DNA of 45,757 nt from Coleofasciculus sp. B1-GNL1-01 (GTDB lineage: Bacteria > Cyanobacteriota > Cyanobacteriia > Cyanobacteriales > Coleofasciculaceae): NCBI GenBank assembly GCA_040220235.1, contig JAVJTO010000115.1. The stretch is one strand, 5' to 3'. Positions 1 to 10,010 of this stretch are shown piece by piece. Each line of letters opens with the position of its first letter. The stretch's first letter is position 1. Position numbers and translations under genes: made by a program. A model generated the notes under the pieces. The model did not search any database. It was given only the letters and a program-made list of their open reading frames with translations, and was not told the DNA's origin.

Positions 1-216
1 GGGGCTGCTGAATAAGTCTTGTGGTGGGGAGAGGCAATAGGGAATAGGCTTTCTTGCAATGGTTTTAACCCTCTGTCGAGGTAAAATTTGGTGCTGTTGT
101 CGGCGAAAATTCCAGGATGCAAGACGGTTATAGTGTAAAAACCTTGCACTTGTTGGGTCGAAAAATGGCTGGAAACCCTTATCTGGTCTAACTTACACGC
201 TTATGCAGCAAGCCCT
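1..216. mobile_element. MITE-like element (~216 bp), family shared with 38541-38757
   Basis: Starts GGGGCTGCTGAATAAG and ends CTTATGCAGCAAGCCCT (imperfect inverted termini, 13/16 match). The 5' ~35 nt and internal AAAACCTTGCACTT are shared with 38541-38757. Confidence 0.6.
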
Positions 217-222
217 ACTTAT

Positions 223-1353
223 TTAGAACGTCTGCCCTGTGTAAACAGAGCGAACTTCTCCATTCCGTCGAATAATCGCTTCTCCGTTGTTCACTTCAAC
301 TAACATCCAGCCACTTGTGCCAATGGCTTCGCCAATGTTAATCCGCTGAGTAATCCCATCAATTTCAAATAAGGCAGCAGAAAGTTGGTCTGACTCTAGC
401 ACACCCACCAGAGTATGGTTTACAGGAGGCGGGGGTGGCGGTGCTGGTGGCGTTGGCGATGCTGATGCTGTAGGTGAAGTCGGAGCAACCGTTGGGGGTG
501 GTGCTGGCGGTGTTTGAGCCGTGACTTGAGGAGGTGGTGGTGTGGGTGCAGGTGGATTAGCAGCAGGTGAAGGCGCTGGGGCTGGCGGCGGTGCGACTGA
601 GGAATTGGCAGGGGGTACAGGGGGTATCCAGGAACTCTGAGGTGGATAAACTGGATAGTAGATTCGTTCCAAAATTGTACCCGCTGGATTAGCACCCATG
701 ACACGATTGATCGCACCGGAAGAGTTGGTCGCACCTGGAGGTAGATTAGGATTACCTGTTCCACCACCTGCAATTCCAGCTTGTTGTCTGGCTTCAGCTT
801 TACGGTCAATGGCTTCTAGCGCCTCCAAGGCATACTCTCCAAACTCGTAATCGGCTTCTGAGGGAAGTTGGGTGTCAGCAGACGGTGAGGCAATAAAATT
901 GGGCAACCAGGGTGCAAACCGTTGTTTCTGAGTAATTAGGAGCAACAGTGCGGTTAGACCTACTGAAATTAGAGCCATTACCCATAAAAATTTATCCACA
1001 GACCAACCTGATTTTTTGGCATGGGAATCACTACTCTTTGTTCCTTTCGTTTCTGAAGACTGGGTTTCAGACGATTCTTGGTTCGTCTCAGAGGGCTGTT
1101 CCACCAAGTCTTGAGTTGGTATCACAGCAGGTGGCGCGGTGATGGAAGGCATCACAAGTGACTTTAAGGATACATAATCGGGTTTAGCCGGTTCAGTTGG
1201 TAATTTGCTACTCCCTTCCAAAATACGGTCAAGATCTGCAAATAAATCATCCATTAACTTATCCGCATCGGCTTCGGCTGACCAAGACTGGATAGCAGTG
1301 GAAGTGGTTGATGGCTTGTTTGCCTTGTCGTGAGTATTGATATCCTGAGACAT
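223..1353 (-). CDS. Pro-rich membrane-anchored protein with C-terminal GspC/PilP-like (T2SS/T4P accessory) beta domain
   Basis: One TM helix (FLWVMALISVGLTALLLLI), long Pro/Ala linker, C-terminal LVGVLE...AALFEIDG...IGEAIG..GW.LVEV motif typical of this conserved cyanobacterial family. Confidence 0.6.
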   Translation of the reverse strand: MSQDINTHDKANKPSTTSTAIQSWSAEADADKLMDDLFADLDRILEGSSKLPTEPAKPDYVSLKSLVMPSITAPPAVIPTQDLVEQPSETNQESSETQSSETKGTKSSDSHAKKSGWSVDKFLWVMALISVGLTALLLLITQKQRFAPWLPNFIASPSADTQLPSEADYEFGEYALEALEAIDRKAEARQQAGIAGGGTGNPNLPPGATNSSGAINRVMGANPAGTILERIYYPVYPPQSSWIPPVPPANSSVAPPPAPAPSPAANPPAPTPPPPQVTAQTPPAPPPTVAPTSPTASASPTPPAPPPPPPVNHTLVGVLESDQLSAALFEIDGITQRINIGEAIGTSGWMLVEVNNGEAIIRRNGEVRSVYTGQTF

Positions 1354-1511
1354 AATGGCTCGCTCTTATGGCTATAGAATTCTCTATATTAAGATGCTCT
1401 AAAGCATTTCCTATCGCTTAGATTAGCAATCAAATTACCGATCTGAGAAAAAATTCTCATCTTTTTATCGAAATTCTGTACAATTTTAAGTCCAATGGCG
1501 ATATTGTGGGT

Positions 1512-2444
1512 CTACTTCTGTTGATTGGCTTTGGCATTGCGTCGCCACATCTGAGGTTTGATGCGTCGCAACGCTGATGCCGGAAATCGTTGATGCCATT
1601 GGTGATCTGAAAGTGTCGCCAGTTCCGCTAACGTGGGAGCGACATTCCCCGGATAGGGTTCAAAGTCGGCTACATCTGTTGGTTGAGCAAAGCGTTGGTT
1701 CCAAGGACAAACATCCTGGCAGATATCACACCCAGCCACCCAACCCTCTAAATGGGGGGTGATGGATGAGGGAAGTTCCTCGGCTCGATTTTCAATTGTA
1801 TGATAAGCAATACAACGATTAGCATCTACGACAAAAGGTTTAACAATTGCTCCGGTCGGACAAGCCTCCAGGCAACGGGTACAGGTTCCGCAATGCTGGG
1901 TATGGGGAGTATCGGGTGTGAGTGATAAGTTGGTTAAAATTTCCCCTAAAAACACCCAACTCCCATACTCTCGCGTAATTAGATTACCATTTTTAGCGAT
2001 CCAACCAATTCCAGCACGTTCTGCCCACACTTTATCCTGCACCGGACCGGTGTCTACGTAGTAACGAGCTTCGATTCCTTCTGCTTGGGCTTGTAGCCAG
2101 TGGGTCAAGGCTTTGAGTTTTTTGTGCATCACCTTATGATAATCTCGTCCCCAAGCATAACGGGATATCTTGGCGTACTCGTTTCCTTGAGGACGTTGGT
2201 GAGGGGTATAGTAGTTGAGGGCAACGGAAATAACGGATTTAACCCCTGGCATACAGGCATGGATATCTAGACGGCGAGGATTCTGCATCCAGTCCATGTC
2301 AGCATGATAGCCCTGAGCTAACCACGTTTTCAGATGTTGAGTGGCTTCCTCGTCAGCATTCCCTTCGACGGCTGCAATACCACAGTGATGAAATCCGAGC
2401 GATCGCGCTTTTTGCTTAATTTGATTACTTTGGTCATTGGTCAT
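1512..2444 (-). CDS. queG: tRNA epoxyqueuosine(34) reductase
   Basis: [28 protein letters not shown], 4Fe-4S motifs [13 protein letters not shown] and [12 protein letters not shown]. Confidence 0.95.
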   Translation of the reverse strand: MTNDQSNQIKQKARSLGFHHCGIAAVEGNADEEATQHLKTWLAQGYHADMDWMQNPRRLDIHACMPGVKSVISVALNYYTPHQRPQGNEYAKISRYAWGRDYHKVMHKKLKALTHWLQAQAEGIEARYYVDTGPVQDKVWAERAGIGWIAKNGNLITREYGSWVFLGEILTNLSLTPDTPHTQHCGTCTRCLEACPTGAIVKPFVVDANRCIAYHTIENRAEELPSSITPHLEGWVAGCDICQDVCPWNQRFAQPTDVADFEPYPGNVAPTLAELATLSDHQWHQRFPASALRRIKPQMWRRNAKANQQK

Positions 2445-2494
2445 TGGTCATTGGTCATTGGTCATTGGTCATTTGTCCTTTGTCCTTGGTCATT
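2430..2494. repeat. Heptamer tandem repeat (TTGGTCA)n, STRR-type
   Basis: About 9 units read directly; overlaps the queG start codon. Confidence 0.9.
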
Positions 2495-2554
2495 AGCACA
2501 TACTTTGACCAGTTTCTCTATTATGAAGGCAATACCGTTACTAACAACCCTGAA

Positions 2555-2935
2555 ATGACTATAGAGGGCATTACCCAGTCCGTTATTTTACGCTACTTTG
2601 AAACGATGAATGCTGGGGATTATGACGCAACTGCCGCATTGTTTATAGATAACGGTGTGATGCAGCCACCGTTTGAGGAACCCATCCAAGGACAAGAGGC
2701 GATCGCAACCTACCTTAAGGCTGAAGCTATTGACATGCAGCTTTCACCAAAAACGGGAACTGTGGAACCCCAAGAAAACGGGGATACTCAAATTCAAGTC
2801 AAGGGCAGAGTACAGACACCACTATTTAGTGTCAATGTGGGCTGGATATTTATTCTCAATTCCGAACAAGAGATTAGTTTCGTCAGAATTAAGCTGTTAG
2901 CATCACCTCAAGAACTCCTCAGCTTAAGACGATGA
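2555..2935 (+). CDS. NTF2-like orange carotenoid protein C-terminal domain homolog (CTDH)
   Basis: IEGITQSVILRYFETMNAGDYDATAALF..GVMQPPFEEPIQG...VQTPLFSVNVGW.F...IKLLASPQELL matches the OCP-CTD/CTDH pattern. ATG 2555 is preferred because the longer ORF start is translated repeat. Confidence 0.85.
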   Translation: MTIEGITQSVILRYFETMNAGDYDATAALFIDNGVMQPPFEEPIQGQEAIATYLKAEAIDMQLSPKTGTVEPQENGDTQIQVKGRVQTPLFSVNVGWIFILNSEQEISFVRIKLLASPQELLSLRR

Positions 2936-3012
2936 CAAATGACGTAGCTTGCTTCTCGATGAAAGCGAGTATGACCAATGACCAATGACAAATGACAAAT
3001 GACAAATGACAA
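2932..3012. repeat. Heptamer repeats (ATGACAA/ATGACCA)n between convergent genes
   Basis: Read directly; includes the CTDH TGA stop. Confidence 0.85.
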
Positions 3013-3462
3013 CTAAGCCGCCACTTGCTCCCAGGAACGAGCGAGCAACTGACGCCCCAACTCAATATCTCTAGGCGCACAAAGCCAATCGGGATGAGCG
3101 GTCATTAACAAACTCTCTAATGCTTCTTGGTCAAACAAATGCCAGACAGCCGCGCCGTCAATCGTGGTAGCGATCGCGTAGCAATTGGCGCTGATACACT
3201 GAATGGTTGAGGTGTTGGCAATTCGCCGCAGTTCCATGCGATCGCCCGCTTGAAGATTTCGGAACCGCCATACTATTTGCTTCCATTCCTTGAGTGATGA
3301 CACCGTTAATCCTGGAATCGCGACCTGGATATCCGGATCTCCATTGACGGCAATCCAATAGTGGCGTGATGGATCAATTCCTTCCAACCATGGAGAATCG
3401 TCATCCAATCGGTAGCGGGGAGACAAGATAAACGGCTGTGTCATAGGAATGATGGGTTGCAC
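3013..3462 (-). CDS. Conserved cyanobacterial hypothetical protein (probable start MTQPF)
   Basis: Globular 143-149 aa ORF with normal composition (SPRYRLDD..WLEGIDPSRHYW...LFDQEALESLLMTAHPDW). Confidence 0.7.
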   Translation of the reverse strand: MQPIIPMTQPFILSPRYRLDDDSPWLEGIDPSRHYWIAVNGDPDIQVAIPGLTVSSLKEWKQIVWRFRNLQAGDRMELRRIANTSTIQCISANCYAIATTIDGAAVWHLFDQEALESLLMTAHPDWLCAPRDIELGRQLLARSWEQVAA

Positions 3463-3643
3463 TAAACTTAACAGCTAACTCTTGGTTTCAGAGGCTCACC
3501 AGTCCTCGAAACAAGGGTATCTTAACAGACAGTCAAGTCGCTCTTTAGGCTTGGGCTTGACTTATTTAAAATCCTATAGATTCAGATATCTATATCAAGT
3601 AAATTTAACAAAGCTTATAGATTTAATTAGGAATAGCGGTATT

Positions 3644-3661
3644 TTCGTAAGATTTTGTAAC
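3644..3661 (-). promoter_or_regulatory. Possible HLR1 (RpaB) direct-repeat site
   Basis: Minus strand GTTACAAA-AT-CTTACGAA versus consensus (G/T)TTACA(T/A)(T/A)-N2 x2; the second half-site has 2 mismatches. Confidence 0.35.
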
Positions 3662-3721
3662 AATTGCTGTCTTCGCAGGAATTATACCACGGTTTTTCAG
3701 TAAATGGGGTAAAATCATCAA

Positions 3722-4147
3722 TTATTCGTCAGCCTTAGGTAAGCTCGTCTCCATCTTCAGACAATTACGACCATTGATCTGCAAGCGATACTCAACTCGA
3801 TCCATCAGCCTTTGCATAATCAGCCAACCATATCCGCTTTCCTGTTTCGCCTCTGGAGAGGGTTGATTATAGTTGGTGATGTCATACCCTTTGCCGTGAT
3901 CCCAAATTTCCAAAGCAATGTCTCGCTCTTTGAGTTCCAAGCGAATCAAGATAGGTAAATTGGGTTGATCTCGATGAGCATGACGCACCACATTGGAATA
4001 GGCTTCAACTAACGCCAGTCTTAACCGACTCGATTGACGTTGCCAATCCACTGAATCTCCTAACGCTACTTCCAAACTTCCCAGTAACCAGCTTTCGACA
4101 ATCGTCAAAAACTTCAAGTCACTTGGTACATGCAGCTCCGTTTTCAT
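3722..4147 (-). CDS. Anti-sigma factor / Ser kinase, RsbW/SpoIIAB-like (HATPase_c_2)
   Basis: LALVEAYSNVVRHAH (N box), WDHGKG (G1), ESGYGW (G2); directly downstream of the SpoIIE phosphatase. Confidence 0.88.
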   Translation of the reverse strand: MKTELHVPSDLKFLTIVESWLLGSLEVALGDSVDWQRQSSRLRLALVEAYSNVVRHAHRDQPNLPILIRLELKERDIALEIWDHGKGYDITNYNQPSPEAKQESGYGWLIMQRLMDRVEYRLQINGRNCLKMETSLPKADE

Positions 4148-4150
4148 CAA

Positions 4151-5854
4151 CTATAAAACCTCCATCGAGAGAATTGTTTGGTCATCTTCCTGAACATTAT
4201 TCGTCTCCTCACGGATGCGAACTAATAAATGGGGCAAATTAAAGGGAGCTGGTTCCTGAAGCAGAAGCTGCCAAAGACCCGATGTTCCCAGCATTGAATT
4301 CGTCAGGGATTTACTCTGTTTATTATTTTGAGGATTGCGGCAATGTTTAACCTCCTTAACCGTTGCTTCTGTAATCCCATCGCTGATCAGTAGCACAACA
4401 TCCCCTGAATGTAACGTCAACGTTCCGGCTTTGGCTTGCCACTCCGGAAGAATACCTAGCGGAATCCCCCGAGTTTTCAGGTAATCCGGTTCTACGGTGA
4501 CAGAGGATTCCGGTGCAGATTGCTGTTGGACAACTAAATGATGCGCCCAAACCAACGGATAGATGTGACCCGCATTCGCATAGACAAGCTGTCGCGAGGT
4601 TGGTGTATATCGCGCTAATACCATCGTGATAAAGCAGTTGGTACTGAACAGATCATCTGACATAATGCTGTTCAGGTTTCGCATCACTACCTCCGGTTCG
4701 GGAGAGATTTCTTGAGCCAATTCTCGGCGCAAGATAGAAATCGCACTTGCCATAAATAAAGCCGCAGGCACTCCCTTCCCCGAAACATCACCAACCGCCA
4801 GCCAAACATCGCCTTGAGGATGCACGTAGACTTCAAAAAAATCACCGCCAACTTCTCGTGCGGGATAACAGTGGGCTTGAACTCTAACCCCGTCCACTTC
4901 GGGTAAACTTTGGCGCAATAAATTATTTTGAATCTGGCGAGCCACCTCCAATTCAGCCCGCATCTGTTCAGCTTGTAACTGGGTGCGTTGGTAGAGTTTT
5001 GCCTGAGAAATGGCTAACGCTGCCTGTTCAGCGACAGCTTCGATGAGTTTAATATCCTCTGACATCCAAGGCTGATCACACTGTTGTTTATAAAGGGATA
5101 ACACTCCCAATAGCTGTTGTTGCCAGATCAGAGGAACAACTAGATGCACCGAATGATTACCATCACTGAGCTGTTGAATAAGCTGGGGTTTCCAGTTTTC
5201 CAGCACATTTTGCACAATCGGTTCAACATCAGGTAACGATTCAGAATCTTTTGTGGACTCAGCTTGGTAAGAAAATGAGTCTGAAATCAGGTGATTACCA
5301 TCGACAGGTTGCAGGATACGATTTGTCGCCTCGAAGGTTTGACCAATCGTGGTGACAACGGTTTGCAACATACTGCCATAGTCTAGCGACTCACGAATGG
5401 CTGTTGTCACGACATTAAAGAGTTCTTCGCGGCGTAAAGCGCGGCTCAGTTCATTGGTTCGTTGTTTGAGAACTCGGTACGTATCGGCTGCTTGTTGAAC
5501 GATGACTTTCAGACTTTCTGGATTCCACGGTTTGGTAATATACTTAAAAACTTTGCCGGAGTTAATGGCTTCGACTAAATCTTCAACATCGGTATAGCCC
5601 GTTAACAGAATCCGAATTGTATCGGGGAAGCGATCAACGGTTTTCCCTAATAATTCTGTACCATTCATCACGGGCATTCGTTGATCAGAGATAATGATCG
5701 CCATTTCTCCCTGTTCATCCAAAATGCTCAGAGCGCCCATCGCTCCATCAGCTTTATAAACCCGAAACTCTCGTCGGAACGTTCTATATAATAAATCTAA
5801 ATTGTCAGGCTCATCGTCCACTATCAATAATTTGAGTTTATCTGCCTGACTCAT
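4151..5854 (-). CDS. REC-GAF-PP2C (SpoIIE/RsbU-type) Ser phosphatase
   Basis: N-terminal receiver (LLIVDDE, ISDQRMP, KPW), GAF, then VGGDFF, GDVSGKG, NAGH, SDG and DDQT PP2C motifs. ATG 5854 preferred over TTG 5890. Confidence 0.9.
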   Translation of the reverse strand: MSQADKLKLLIVDDEPDNLDLLYRTFRREFRVYKADGAMGALSILDEQGEMAIIISDQRMPVMNGTELLGKTVDRFPDTIRILLTGYTDVEDLVEAINSGKVFKYITKPWNPESLKVIVQQAADTYRVLKQRTNELSRALRREELFNVVTTAIRESLDYGSMLQTVVTTIGQTFEATNRILQPVDGNHLISDSFSYQAESTKDSESLPDVEPIVQNVLENWKPQLIQQLSDGNHSVHLVVPLIWQQQLLGVLSLYKQQCDQPWMSEDIKLIEAVAEQAALAISQAKLYQRTQLQAEQMRAELEVARQIQNNLLRQSLPEVDGVRVQAHCYPAREVGGDFFEVYVHPQGDVWLAVGDVSGKGVPAALFMASAISILRRELAQEISPEPEVVMRNLNSIMSDDLFSTNCFITMVLARYTPTSRQLVYANAGHIYPLVWAHHLVVQQQSAPESSVTVEPDYLKTRGIPLGILPEWQAKAGTLTLHSGDVVLLISDGITEATVKEVKHCRNPQNNKQSKSLTNSMLGTSGLWQLLLQEPAPFNLPHLLVRIREETNNVQEDDQTILSMEVL

Positions 5855-6340
5855 TCTGTGTACTCCGGTCTCTGCTTGAGTTAGAAACAATAAGTTAAGG
5901 GGATTGCAATTCGTTGCCTTTTGATCTCAAAGCTGGCTGAGCATTGTTTTCAGCTATCCTTTTTTCTTTCGGTATATTGCCAATTCCCCAATTTCTAAAC
6001 TTATTTTCGTTAATAAAATTTATTATCATACCATATAGATTTGGTTAGGGGAATTAATCAGCCTTTTATTTTATCAAGATCCGACGATATGCACCCAGTC
6101 GGTTATAGAGATTACCTTTTTTCCTCTAGCTTAACCTTCTTTTGGGGCAATGTGGCTTCCACTCAGATTATACTTTCTCGTCCAAGAGCTGGGATGCAGG
6201 GGGAGCCATTGGTGTCAACTTAAGGTGAAAAGCAGGGGAAGCAGGGGAAGCAGGGGGAGCAGAGATACTTTTGTTACCATGATTCATTCCAGCGTTCAAT
6301 GACCAATGACCAATGACCAATGACTAATGACTAATAACCT

Positions 6341-9316
6341 TTACCGAGTTACTCCCTGCACAACTGGACGAATAGCAGAACCATCAAACAGTCCTGGGTT
6401 TCCAGTCCAATTAAAATCATTAATTCGTAAGCTAATCGACCCTAACTCCTGAACTGGATTGTAGCGTAGGAGAATACTATACGTGCGACGGCTGTACTCT
6501 ACAAACAAATCCGTACTGATTTCCTCACCCGTGTCCAAATTGAAAGAGGTCTGAAAACCAGCCAGAAACGGACCGTAGATTTGTTGGGTGATGCCAGCAG
6601 AAAGAACGATTCTATCAGCCACTCGGTCAAACCGAAATGGGGATAAGTTCCCGCGTGCAACCTGGGTGTAGCTGAGGTTAAATCGAGTGTAGTCGAGATA
6701 GGGTTGGGAAAAATGCCCAAGCTGACCGACAAGCCCAATCGTACCACTAAGGGATTCCTGGGTATCGCCGCTACTATAGGCACTAGCCACCCCTGTGGCA
6801 ACTCCCCGCAGTGCCAAGAAAGGAACTACAGGTCTTGGTGTATATCGTAATCCTTCGGTGGGGGTTAAGGGCAAAGCCTCACCTCGCCAGAGTGTGAAAC
6901 TGCGGCTCAACGATGCACTGGCTTGATAGCGCGTCAAGTCGATGCGGTTATTCTCTCGTGGAGGGGGAGGTAGCAAGTCTTGTCTGTCTGTCGTGGCGTT
7001 AATCGCCTGAATCCCTGCTTGATAAGTGAGATTGATACCCGTGTCCCCTAAACGAATCACTGGGGATGTGATTACCGCTCCCAGACTCTGCTGCACCGTT
7101 TGAAAGCCCAAGGAACCGTTAAACAGGCGATCGCGAAAACTATATTCCAGATTCAAGTTATGGGGTAAACCGGTACCGATAACCTGTTGGAGTCGTACAC
7201 TGGCTCTGAGTTCTTCCTCAAAATCATTGGGATCAAGGCTGGTGAAAATGGCTGAAGCCCGTAGGGTGGTTCGGGGAGTAAACGTGGCATCCAGTCGGGC
7301 TTTGAGACCGAAGGACGAGGGGTCTAAAAGACCACCATCATCTTTTTCTGGAGCATTAGGATTATTTTCACCAAAGACGGCTCTCTGGACAAAGTATTGG
7401 GGAGTCACTTTAAATCGTACCCCTGGAGTATTGACAATATTAAACGATCGCTCAATAAATAAACCGCCCCGATCATCATCATCGAAGCCAAACTGAAGTA
7501 AACCCGGTTCCCGTTCTCGACGATCAATTACTACCCGATTCCGAAATGTGGGTACAGATAACCCTTGGTCAAATACCAGTCGTGGGCGAGTGGCAACGAT
7601 TTCATCCACTAAGGGCGAAATCCGGCGAAATCGAGCCGTTTCTGCTCGTAATTCTAGTTCAGGTGGGGAAAAGGGGTCATTGGTGATCCGCACATTTTGA
7701 GCGATCGCTTCTGATCCTTCAAAGTCAATGCGCTCGGCTTCGTAGCGGAATCGGTTGATGGTTCCTGTCGCCTGGGGCGCACCGGAAACGACATTTGAGA
7801 GATTTCCGGTAGTCGTTGTGCCAAAGCCTCCTCCGATAAAGAAGGAGTAAAAGCCTGGATTGGTTATGTCTTGCAGGGGTTGATTGCTGAGAACGCGATC
7901 GCTAATGGGCCGTTGTTCTTCGGGAGCATTTGGATCAGCCGGAGAGGGTAAGATGGTCAGATCAGTACCGGATGTGGGGACGTATAATTCTCCACTGGCA
8001 TCAAAAATCACGCCGCTATCCTGGACAAAGGAATACTCAAAGCGTTCACCTCGTAACACTTGTTCCCCTCGTGTCAAGGCGACGTTATCCTCCGCCACTA
8101 AAATCCGATTCGGTAGGTTAACTTGGACGCGATCCGCTTCCAGCAAAGCGCCACGAAACCGCAACAGGACATCGCCTTGAGCAGTAATTACCTGTCGTTG
8201 TTGATCATATTCCTGTTGATCGGCGGTGAGTTCCAGCACCCCTGTGATCGGACCGGGAGCCGCAGGTTCAGTATCTTCTGAGGTTGACGGCTCAGGGGTT
8301 GGCTCGGAGGTTTGCGATCGCGGCTGTCGCTGATGAAGATCCGGTGCAGGAACTATCGCTGGGTTCGGTAATACTAGGCGATCGGATGGGGGAGGTGTAA
8401 ATTCAAACTCTCTGATCTCACCTCCCCGCTCTTGAGTGATGATACGTTCAACGTTTGAGAGTTCCAGGGTTACGGCGGAGAAACCTACTGGGTTCGCATT
8501 CGTTGTCTCAGAGGTTAAGTTCGTGCTGAAAGTATCGGAATCAATCCCTTCTGCCTTATAACTCTCTTCTGCCTTTCTTTGGTCATTAGTCCTTGGTTGT
8601 TGACCTATAGTCAATGACGGATCTAGTGTAGTTGAGATTGGGTCAGACTGGGCATTTGCCGTTTGACTCGTGCAGCATGGTAGCAAATCCTTAGCTGTTC
8701 CCATCTCCTCTGCTAGCCTGCTCTCAGACTCGCCATGGCACGTCTCTACATTGCTCCTCTGCTCACCTGCTTGTCCGCAGGTGGTTACAAACGTTTGCTG
8801 AGGTGAATTAGCTGCATTGATTGAACGGTGAGCAGGTATCTTATCCTGTGCGTCTAAAAAGTCCTCATGTCCTTTTACCTCATTTCCTTGAAGCCTTTGA
8901 CTGGGAGCCTCTGCATTGTTTCCAGCCAAGGGTAAGGATTCCACAGGACTGGATATCGAGGATTGCGGCGTGCGATCGCGGGAGTCTCCGGTGCGGTTTG
9001 ACGGCAAATCATGACCCGCTACACTCGTCTTGGCATCTCTGCTCTGTGACACCTCGGTTCCTTGGTTCTCTGTCGGTGAATAACGGGCAGAAATCGACCG
9101 TCCTAGCAGAGCAGCCTGTGAAGATGTTATGTCTGATGAAAACTCTGGGGCTAACGTTTCGGGTGGGGTTGGTGTCGCCAGTCCCTTTGGAGTTGGCTGG
9201 CGAAGGCGAGTCGGTACTGAACTCACAGGTGAGGACGAAAGGGGAGCAACAGCCTCCTCAGTCGTTAACGATTGAATAATGGCAGGAGTTTCAGGCGGCT
9301 GAACGGGTTGGGGCAT
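6341..9316 (-). CDS. DUF3769 / LptD(OstA)-like outer-membrane protein with long disordered N-terminus
   Basis: LELTADQQEYD..ITAQGDVLLRF..L.ADR OstA-like domain, ITNDPFSPPELELRAE, C-terminal beta-barrel ending LRYNPVQELGSISLRINDFNW. Confidence 0.82.
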   Translation of the reverse strand: MPQPVQPPETPAIIQSLTTEEAVAPLSSSPVSSVPTRLRQPTPKGLATPTPPETLAPEFSSDITSSQAALLGRSISARYSPTENQGTEVSQSRDAKTSVAGHDLPSNRTGDSRDRTPQSSISSPVESLPLAGNNAEAPSQRLQGNEVKGHEDFLDAQDKIPAHRSINAANSPQQTFVTTCGQAGEQRSNVETCHGESESRLAEEMGTAKDLLPCCTSQTANAQSDPISTTLDPSLTIGQQPRTNDQRKAEESYKAEGIDSDTFSTNLTSETTNANPVGFSAVTLELSNVERIITQERGGEIREFEFTPPPSDRLVLPNPAIVPAPDLHQRQPRSQTSEPTPEPSTSEDTEPAAPGPITGVLELTADQQEYDQQRQVITAQGDVLLRFRGALLEADRVQVNLPNRILVAEDNVALTRGEQVLRGERFEYSFVQDSGVIFDASGELYVPTSGTDLTILPSPADPNAPEEQRPISDRVLSNQPLQDITNPGFYSFFIGGGFGTTTTGNLSNVVSGAPQATGTINRFRYEAERIDFEGSEAIAQNVRITNDPFSPPELELRAETARFRRISPLVDEIVATRPRLVFDQGLSVPTFRNRVVIDRREREPGLLQFGFDDDDRGGLFIERSFNIVNTPGVRFKVTPQYFVQRAVFGENNPNAPEKDDGGLLDPSSFGLKARLDATFTPRTTLRASAIFTSLDPNDFEEELRASVRLQQVIGTGLPHNLNLEYSFRDRLFNGSLGFQTVQQSLGAVITSPVIRLGDTGINLTYQAGIQAINATTDRQDLLPPPPRENNRIDLTRYQASASLSRSFTLWRGEALPLTPTEGLRYTPRPVVPFLALRGVATGVASAYSSGDTQESLSGTIGLVGQLGHFSQPYLDYTRFNLSYTQVARGNLSPFRFDRVADRIVLSAGITQQIYGPFLAGFQTSFNLDTGEEISTDLFVEYSRRTYSILLRYNPVQELGSISLRINDFNWTGNPGLFDGSAIRPVVQGVTR

Positions 9317-9957
9317 TTTTCAACAATAACGGTCGAAGGAACAAATCCGAAGCGTACCGCCTTACCGCGCCTAATCACAGCGGGGCGAGATACGCCTCGC
9401 CCCTTTGAAAAACTCAGGGATGAAGCAAAGTATAATTTACTCCAAATCCCGTCGCTTGGGGTTACGAGCCGGATCGTTTGACAGGAAGCCAAACACGAAT
9501 AAGGCAACGAAAATACTAACAACGATATAGACCACAATCTTGAGTGTCAGCATCTTGAATATCTCCCAGAGGTATGAATCATCGAATTGGCGATTATGTT
9601 GCGTTTTGCAACAACTTTTCTAATCATACCCAATCGTGGTCTCCATGTTGATAGGCAAAGTCTACTGGCGCTCAGGATGAAGGTACAATACCCAACCGGG
9701 TTTGATCCGATGTCCTCATACACATCAGACTTTTTTCGTCAAGAGCGAGTTCCATGACTTATAGGTTTCCTCTTGCTCCCCCACCTCCCTCATCTTCCCC
9801 TGCTCCTGATAACTGATAACTGATAACTGATCACTGATAACTCCCCCAGCTTAAATAGACCCTGAAAAAACCCTGTACCGATGGGATTTTAGCCTGAAGC
9901 TGACATCGATAAACCCAAGTCTGTTACGAAAACAGTATTAAAAGTCTCATCCTTTGT

Positions 9958-9999
9958 GTAAAAGTATGTACACAATGTTATCCGTGTAAGATTTAGAAT
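9958..9999 (+). promoter_or_regulatory. Canonical NtcA-activated promoter upstream of glgP
   Basis: GTA-AAAGTATG-TAC (9958-9971, within the palindrome TGTGTA..TACACA), 22-nt spacer, then TAGAAT -10 box (9994-9999). Confidence 0.7.
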
Positions 10000-10010
10000 T
10001 TTGTCGCTCT

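Noticed and set aside
2444..2554. N-terminal extension [10 protein letters not shown]... of the CTDH ORF (also ORFs 2334-2558 and 37745-37936)
   Set aside because: Translated heptamer repeat.
6016..6030. Possible Zur box
   Set aside because: Three mismatches to TGATAATNATTATCA in AT-rich DNA, and no zinc-related target gene.
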